Below, in pieces: positions 7,301 through 11,900 of a DNA stretch of 11,900 nt. This DNA is from Methanobacteriota archaeon. GTDB taxonomy: Archaea > Thermoplasmatota > Thermoplasmata > SG8-5 > JAGLSY01. The stretch spans positions 249,683 through 261,582 of the forward strand of contig JAEHCQ010000003.1 of assembly GCA_020696385.1 (NCBI GenBank), written 5' to 3'. Under the pieces are notes generated by a model, which did no database searches, was not told the DNA's origin, and saw only the letters and a list, made by a program, of their open reading frames with translations. The position numbers and the translations under genes were made by a program. The stretch's first letter is position 1; each line of letters opens with the position of its first letter.

Positions 7301-9754
7301 GGATCTTATAGAGCATCTGTTGACCTTATCGAAGGAGAACTGGACTTCATCGGATGGGACCTTCGCTCCAATGAGACCTCGAAGATGATCGAAATGCCGG
7401 CAAATAGTGGGACTTACACCAGTCTCATAGTGAATTCGAATACAACTGTTTTCATGAATCAGGGATCAGATATCCGATATATTGGCTTCAATACACAAAG
7501 AGAGCCAATGAACAATTCGGAATTCAGAAGAGCTGTGGCCCACTGCATTGATAAAGATGGTCTCACAATATTTAGTATCGGTGGAGATCTGGTAACTACA
7601 GATCAGATATTGAATCGCTTCAATTATCCTTACTGCAATGAGACACTGGAAGCATACAGGAATAATGTAGAACTGGCAAACAATATACTTGACAGCGCGG
7701 GATTCTTTGACAGAGATGGTGACGGATGGAGGGATCTGCCATACAGCCCATATGTATCCTTCAATATCACATTATTAGGTCCTCCAGTAGAGGATATCAC
7801 TCAGTATGTGATGTCTCTTATTATCATGACCTGGCTGGAAGATATAGGCATTGATGTCACCCTGATATCGAACACATCTGCCATAAATATGGACTATGTG
7901 ACCGCCGATGATTTTGACATGTATTATGATCATCTGGATGGCAGCCAAGATCCATCAATACTTTATGATCTCGGGCACAGCACATCGGCAATGAACTATG
8001 CGAATTACAATGATGCTGGCATGGACGCTCTGCTTGATCTGATGGAAGCAGAGGTTGACCCGGACATGCGCGCACAGTATGCACAGGACTGCGAAGGATA
8101 TTTGGCTTCGCAGGTTCCGTATATTCCGTTGTTCAACTATAGAGTGGGCAATGCCTACTTGACCGATGGATTCGATGGTTGGGTGAATACACTTGATGGT
8201 GTGGATAATTTCTGGTCGTATATCAGTGTATATCCACTGTCCGACCAAACACCTACAGATGCGCCACTGGCTCTCCATGCCTTTATTAACACTGATGGTA
8301 CTGTGAATCTCACATGGAATGCGAATGACGAGACCTCTGTATCTGGATACAATATCTACCACTCTGATGCCAGCGGTGGTCCTTACACATTACGGGGATC
8401 CACAGATGAGAAAACAGGATACACCGATGATGAGCCAATGAATTCAGAGGATTCATATTATGTGATCACAGCGATAAGTCCAGAATCTGGCTATTCAAAC
8501 GAGGCAACAACCAGATCAGATGATACGAAACCACCAGTTGTGTGGGCGACCACTCCTGGAAATGGGGCTATCAATGTCCAGAACTTGACATTGATAAGGA
8601 TCATATTCAGTGAAGGAATGAATACAACCAGTGTTGAAAATGCATTCTCCTGGACCGATGGTTCCGATCACTGGACGATGGCAGATGGCGATTTCACTTG
8701 GGAAGTGGATAATAAGAGCTTCATATTTGACCCTGCAAATACGCTGGCTCATAATACGACATACACTTTTACAGCAAACGGAAGTGTTGCGAAGGACACT
8801 TCCGGGAACCTGCTGGATGGCAACAATGACACTGTTGCAGGTGACGATCATTCATGGTCCTTCACCACGGCAAAAGATAGTACACGACCAAAGGTCGTTT
8901 CAGTAATTCCAGCAGATGGTTCTGTGGGTGTGTCGGTCGAAACCTCCATAATAATAGAGTTCGACATGATGATGGATACATCCTCGGTAGAGGAAAATAT
9001 CGACATCACGCCACCCGCCACGGTCAGCTTCACATGGTCTGCCGATAATATGACCTTGACCATAATTCCAAACAGTAATCTAACAACAGAAACTCCTTAC
9101 ACGATAAGGATCGAAAACAATGCAAGGAATATCGATCACAATAATTTGGCCTCACCTTATTCATGGTCCTTCACCACATGGTATGATAATGATGAGGATG
9201 GGATACCCGATGATCGGGATGATGATGATGACAATGATGGATTCCTGGATGTATGGGAAGAATTTATGGACACGGACCCATTTGACAAGAATGATCAGCC
9301 TACCGATACAGACGAAGATGGAATTCCAGATGGCGACAAGTACAATACCGAATTATGGATGGATATGGATGATGATGATGACGGAGTGATCGATGCACTC
9401 GATGCAGACCCACTGGATCCGGAAATAGGCCAGATCGTTCCGGATGATGAGGAACCTGATGAGGATCCAGATGATGATAATAATAGTTTGATCTATCTAT
9501 TATTGATAATCATTATTATATTGACCGCGCTAGTTCTAATAAAATTCAAACCCAAAAATAAGACTCCGGGAGATGAAGGCACATTACATGAACAGGATGG
9601 TCCAGATGATAATCCAGATAATGATCCAAATAGCCATGATGTTCAGGATGACGGAGGCATGGACACATCGCCTCCGGAGCCTGAGGGCATACCTGAGCCA
9701 GAGCCAGACAGCGCGGAAGATATTAGACCACCGTCGCCACCTCCTTCAGAATAA
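4361..9754 (+). CDS. Large membrane-anchored multidomain surface protein containing an ABC family-5 (oligopeptide/nickel-type) solute-binding domain, 1797 aa
   Basis: Domain order with approximate coordinates: signal peptide (MKKFIVIMICMLLAFGG); GWN-repeat domain (~4490-5030); PPC-like domain (DLDL...DEE...NPEDGTYLIKIFGF, ~5270-5540); three Ig-like domains (~5730-6670); SBP family 5 domain (GGSLRVALQQEPGQINP, LTASDVKYTY, GCGPF, GFNTQREPMNNSEFRRAVAHCIDK, ~6715-8235); FN3 (~8260-8510); two SbsA/Big_5-like Ig domains (~8525-9180); DxDxDG Ca-binding TSP3-like repeats (~9180-9420); TM helix (~9487-9540); acidic Pro-rich tail. Confidence 0.88.
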   Translation: MKKFIVIMICMLLAFGGISTIFSIEETASGEELAVPIILTGETTFDIPVELGWNFISIPLVQWNESVLEVLDDHGGDTVLDIAQWYDPLDSVDRWKVYNSAMPPVFWDLLAINNTMGLYVNITDIGSDGVLKINGTLPSTTAIDLWEGDTWGGWNMVGYPALNDSSFTVGDLKAQVPQVAHVEGFTNGSNVTKNTTILADDHIMKKGEGYWINITSNCTWIINSDNITITTYPEEMDIYTNSLTGSEQISFWADDDMDDLSITILNSVTSNYLNQEVWQDDPDWSHFSSFEAQLASGNTTYSIPVSSCDKLIVHILGDSDAPDLDLGIFLDGKDGQPLDGVTQENESVSIGAGWDADEEAYVDNPEDGTYLIKIFGFDVNTEPAHFDMSVDMISNVSGIFSLTGVDTSPLDIYEQRSFNVTWNIPGTYTDGSYHGIVQIGNNATDDIASIPILLELDRTGPTISNLMPAMNDTLENRMPIIGAYLFASNGSQLNIESPTIMLDGVDVTTWSSIDIPDDVSNGGYVAGSIIYTPNIPLANGNHTVSVSVEELAGVLSVRSWSFTVHDAYRPGISHIKEIMASINYITPIQAYIDSHLNPQDVEMYYKGVGDTQFTVVPMKKTGTDSYYAEIPAQTESGSVEYYLKTVDGNGNALTLPATDPDISPYFIEIYDHGAPKITHQPVLFYDGSQLSINATVSDNEGIDNVTLFYRKEGDTGFTSMTMANIGGHIYSALISPGGLVPDNIEYYISATDGSTPVTHPINTSTPHIIQYSSMISKDPLLNDPKHTGGSLRVALQQEPGQINPLVATDENTDNVIDLVYDSLARIDPQTREIIPWIAESWTISGDQMTITLNIRENVTWHNGSYLTASDVKYTYDTYALPYISSVIVMDDNTLNIILNSPNSALFSEALQMPLFPQGFNATSEENGCGPFMLGEKENGVSLQLNVYENYGMGRANVDSIIFTYYPNDPVTYQSHEDELWGSYRASVDLIEGELDFIGWDLRSNETSKMIEMPANSGTYTSLIVNSNTTVFMNQGSDIRYIGFNTQREPMNNSEFRRAVAHCIDKDGLTIFSIGGDLVTTDQILNRFNYPYCNETLEAYRNNVELANNILDSAGFFDRDGDGWRDLPYSPYVSFNITLLGPPVEDITQYVMSLIIMTWLEDIGIDVTLISNTSAINMDYVTADDFDMYYDHLDGSQDPSILYDLGHSTSAMNYANYNDAGMDALLDLMEAEVDPDMRAQYAQDCEGYLASQVPYIPLFNYRVGNAYLTDGFDGWVNTLDGVDNFWSYISVYPLSDQTPTDAPLALHAFINTDGTVNLTWNANDETSVSGYNIYHSDASGGPYTLRGSTDEKTGYTDDEPMNSEDSYYVITAISPESGYSNEATTRSDDTKPPVVWATTPGNGAINVQNLTLIRIIFSEGMNTTSVENAFSWTDGSDHWTMADGDFTWEVDNKSFIFDPANTLAHNTTYTFTANGSVAKDTSGNLLDGNNDTVAGDDHSWSFTTAKDSTRPKVVSVIPADGSVGVSVETSIIIEFDMMMDTSSVEENIDITPPATVSFTWSADNMTLTIIPNSNLTTETPYTIRIENNARNIDHNNLASPYSWSFTTWYDNDEDGIPDDRDDDDDNDGFLDVWEEFMDTDPFDKNDQPTDTDEDGIPDGDKYNTELWMDMDDDDDGVIDALDADPLDPEIGQIVPDDEEPDEDPDDDNNSLIYLLLIIIIILTALVLIKFKPKNKTPGDEGTLHEQDGPDDNPDNDPNSHDVQDDGGMDTSPPEPEGIPEPEPDSAEDIRPPSPPPSE

Positions 9755-9856
9755 TTAGCAGCACAAACATGGGAAAATTTAGCAAAGATTGATGCACAAA
9801 ACCATTTATTTATCATTAGACTATCTACTATACTATATCATGAAGGAGATGACAAA

Positions 9857-11107
9857 ATGACCAAAGCGGACCTTATACTGAAAAATGCCAATCAGCTGCT
9901 CACACTTGCCGGTGCGAATGACAAGCCGAGGATAGGAACCGGGATGAGCGACCTCGGAGTGATAGAGGTCGCTGATATCGCTATCAAGGATGGGCAGGTA
10001 CTGGAGGTCGGGAAAGACATCCAGATGGAAGCAGATCAGATAATTGACTGCACTGGCAAGATCATCATGCCGGGTTTTGTCGATCCACACACACACCTTA
10101 TCTTCGCTGGCTCGCGGGAGAATGAGCTGGGGATGAAGCTGAAGGGCATGTCCTACCTTCAGATATTGGCCGCTGGCGGTGGAATTCAAAGGTCCATGGG
10201 CGCTACAAGGGAAGCCAGCAGAGCCCAATTGATAACAGAGGCAAAGAAAAGACTGGATAGAATGCTATTATTCGGAACCACCACCATGGAAGCAAAGAGC
10301 GGATATGGACTGGACAGGGATAATGAGCTAAAGATACTGGATGTCATCAAAGTTCTCAATGAAATTCACCCCATCGATCTGGTCCCGACCTTTCTGGGAG
10401 CCCATGCCATACCACCGGAGTTCAAGGATGATCCAGATGGCTTTATCGATCTGATGATATCCATGCTTCCAGAACTGGCAGAGAAGAAACTGGCAGAGTT
10501 CTGCGACATATTCTGCGAAAGGAATGTGTTCACAAAAGCACATTCCTTCAAACTGCTAACCGAGGCCAAGAGAAACGGCCTTGGGCTAAAGATCCACGCC
10601 GATGAGATAGAGAATCTGGGCGGCTCGGATCTGGCTGCCGAGCTTGGCGCGATAACCGCCGAACATCTGGCCGTCACAACCGACGAGCAGATGAAGAAGA
10701 TGGGGGATGCTGGCGTCATCGGTGTCTTGCTCCCGGGTACGCCGTACGCGCTCATGGAAAAACATTATCCAAGAGCAAGAGCGATGATAGATAATGGAAT
10801 GGCCCTGGCTCTCGCAACCGACCTCAATCCCAATTGCTGGACCGAATCAATGCAGTTCATAATCTCATTAGCATGCTACAATCTGAAAATGACGCCCGAG
10901 GAAGCCATCGTGGCCGCGACGATAAACGCGGCCCATGCGATAAATCGGGCGGCGGACATTGGCTCATTGGAGATAGGGAAAAAAGCTGACCTCATAGTGC
11001 TTGATATTCCAAACTATGAGCATCTGCCATATCATTTCGGCGTCAATCACGTCGAAACAGTGGTCAAGAACGGGAAGATACTTGTCTATGATTCCCGACG
11101 ATTGTAG
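9857..11107 (+). CDS. hutI: Imidazolonepropionase, 416 aa
   Basis: PGFVDPHTHLIFAGSRENE, SYLQILAAGGGI, GTTTMEAKSGYGL, TFLGAHAIP, DIFCE, KIHADE, AEHL, LLPGT, ALATDLNP. GGAG SD upstream. Confidence 0.97.
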   Translation: MTKADLILKNANQLLTLAGANDKPRIGTGMSDLGVIEVADIAIKDGQVLEVGKDIQMEADQIIDCTGKIIMPGFVDPHTHLIFAGSRENELGMKLKGMSYLQILAAGGGIQRSMGATREASRAQLITEAKKRLDRMLLFGTTTMEAKSGYGLDRDNELKILDVIKVLNEIHPIDLVPTFLGAHAIPPEFKDDPDGFIDLMISMLPELAEKKLAEFCDIFCERNVFTKAHSFKLLTEAKRNGLGLKIHADEIENLGGSDLAAELGAITAEHLAVTTDEQMKKMGDAGVIGVLLPGTPYALMEKHYPRARAMIDNGMALALATDLNPNCWTESMQFIISLACYNLKMTPEEAIVAATINAAHAINRAADIGSLEIGKKADLIVLDIPNYEHLPYHFGVNHVETVVKNGKILVYDSRRL

Positions 11108-11151
11108 TTGGCTACCTGGCGCAAAATAAGTGAGTCAGAATATCTGAATAT

Positions 11152-11167
11152 ACAAAGTATTATAAGG
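11152..11167 (+). promoter_or_regulatory. Candidate rRNA promoter (BRE + TATA)
   Basis: ACAAAG followed by TATTATAAG, about 370 nt upstream of 16S. Further TATA-like boxes near 11222 and 11352 are possible alternatives. Confidence 0.45.
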
Positions 11168-11189
11168 TATTACCAACAATGTAAAAGAA

Positions 11190-11531
11190 TACCCAATATT
11201 TTACGTTGTGAACGGAATAACTATTAAATACAACATGGGGTTTTGGGGGGAAGCCCGTTAGCATTCAACTAATTGGCAAAATCGCAGTATCCGGTATGTC
11301 TGAGAGTAGGCAGAGAGCCATTCGATGATCGGACATTCTTCCATTATTGCGTATAAACATGGAGACCTGAGAACCCTTCACCAAATAGATCTCTTGGGTC
11401 TGACGTTCGACGATATGGTGAGACTTGAATACCCTTGTTTGCTCAAAAATTGCGAACAAGTACTCAACAAGTGAGAGAGTAGTATAATAATGAACATCGA
11501 TAATATTGAAATGGCCAGGCGAGATCAATCA
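11190..11531 (+). other. 16S rRNA 5' external transcribed spacer (leader) with hairpins
   Basis: Stems AGACCTGAGA (11363-11372)/TCTTGGGTCT (11392-11401) and CTTGTTTGC (11434-11442)/GCGAACAAG (11452-11460). Both contain G-U pairs on the + strand. The 5' boundary is approximate. Confidence 0.55.
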
Positions 11532-11900
11532 ATTCCGGTTGATCCTGCCGGCGGCCACCGCTATTGGAATTCGATTAAGACATGCGAGTCGAGAGGGTTC
11601 GGCCCTCGGCATACGGCTCAGTAACACGTGGACAATCTGCCCTAAGGTGGGGGATAATTTCGGGAAACTGAAGATAATACCCCATAGATCATGGATGCTG
11701 GAATGCTTCATGGTCCAAAGCTCCGGCGCCTTAGGATGAGTCTGCGGCCTATCAGGTAGTAGTGGGTGTAGTGGACCCACTAGCCACTGACGGGTACGGG
11801 CGTTGGGAGACGTCGCCCGGAGATGGATTCTGAGACACGAATCCAGGCCCTACGGGGCGCAGCAGTTACGAAAACTTGGCAATGCGGGAAACCGCGACCA
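11532..11900 (+). rRNA. rrs: Archaeal 16S rRNA, 5' part (truncated by window end)
   Basis: ATTCCGGTTGATCCTGCCGG, GGCTCAGTAACACGTGG, GGGATAA...GGGAAACTG, CTGAGACACGAATCCAGGCCCTACGGGGCGCAGCAG. Confidence 0.99.

Noticed and set aside
9180-9660. GAT-rich microsatellite-like repeats
   Set aside because: Explained by Asp-rich Ca-binding repeats and the acidic linker and tail of the protein.
83-10755. Short antisense and alternate-frame ORFs overlapping hcp, lrp, GNAT, DUF89, the surface protein and hutI
   Set aside because: Shadow ORFs of well-supported genes, with no recognisable motifs.
11265-11780. ORFs 11265-11528, 11506-11739 and 11529-11780
   Set aside because: They overlap the 16S rRNA or its leader and have no protein-like features.
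11532-11900. Intron or insertion in 16S
   Set aside because: Conserved landmarks occur at normal archaeal spacing in the visible part.

Overview
Archaeal chromosomal window, most likely Thermoplasmatota, judged from 16S signatures and the style of the surface protein. From left to right it holds: a class III hybrid-cluster protein gene (hcp, - strand) divergent from an Lrp/AsnC regulator with an unusual Cys-containing tail; Sec61beta; a GNAT acetyltransferase; a DUF89/ARMT1-like damage-control phosphatase (- strand); a ~1800-aa membrane-anchored multidomain protein built around a family-5 ABC solute-binding domain; imidazolonepropionase (hutI); and a structured rRNA leader plus the first ~370 nt of 16S rRNA. 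The least explained feature is at 2993-3458. The last 41 codons of the DUF89 gene occur twice: 98 bp are identical and the tail is synonymously recoded, as in an attL/attR gene-restoring integration. The two copies bracket only 220 bp of non-coding DNA, which holds two tandem double-hairpin modules with compensatory changes. This looks like a miniature non-autonomous integrative element or its scar.
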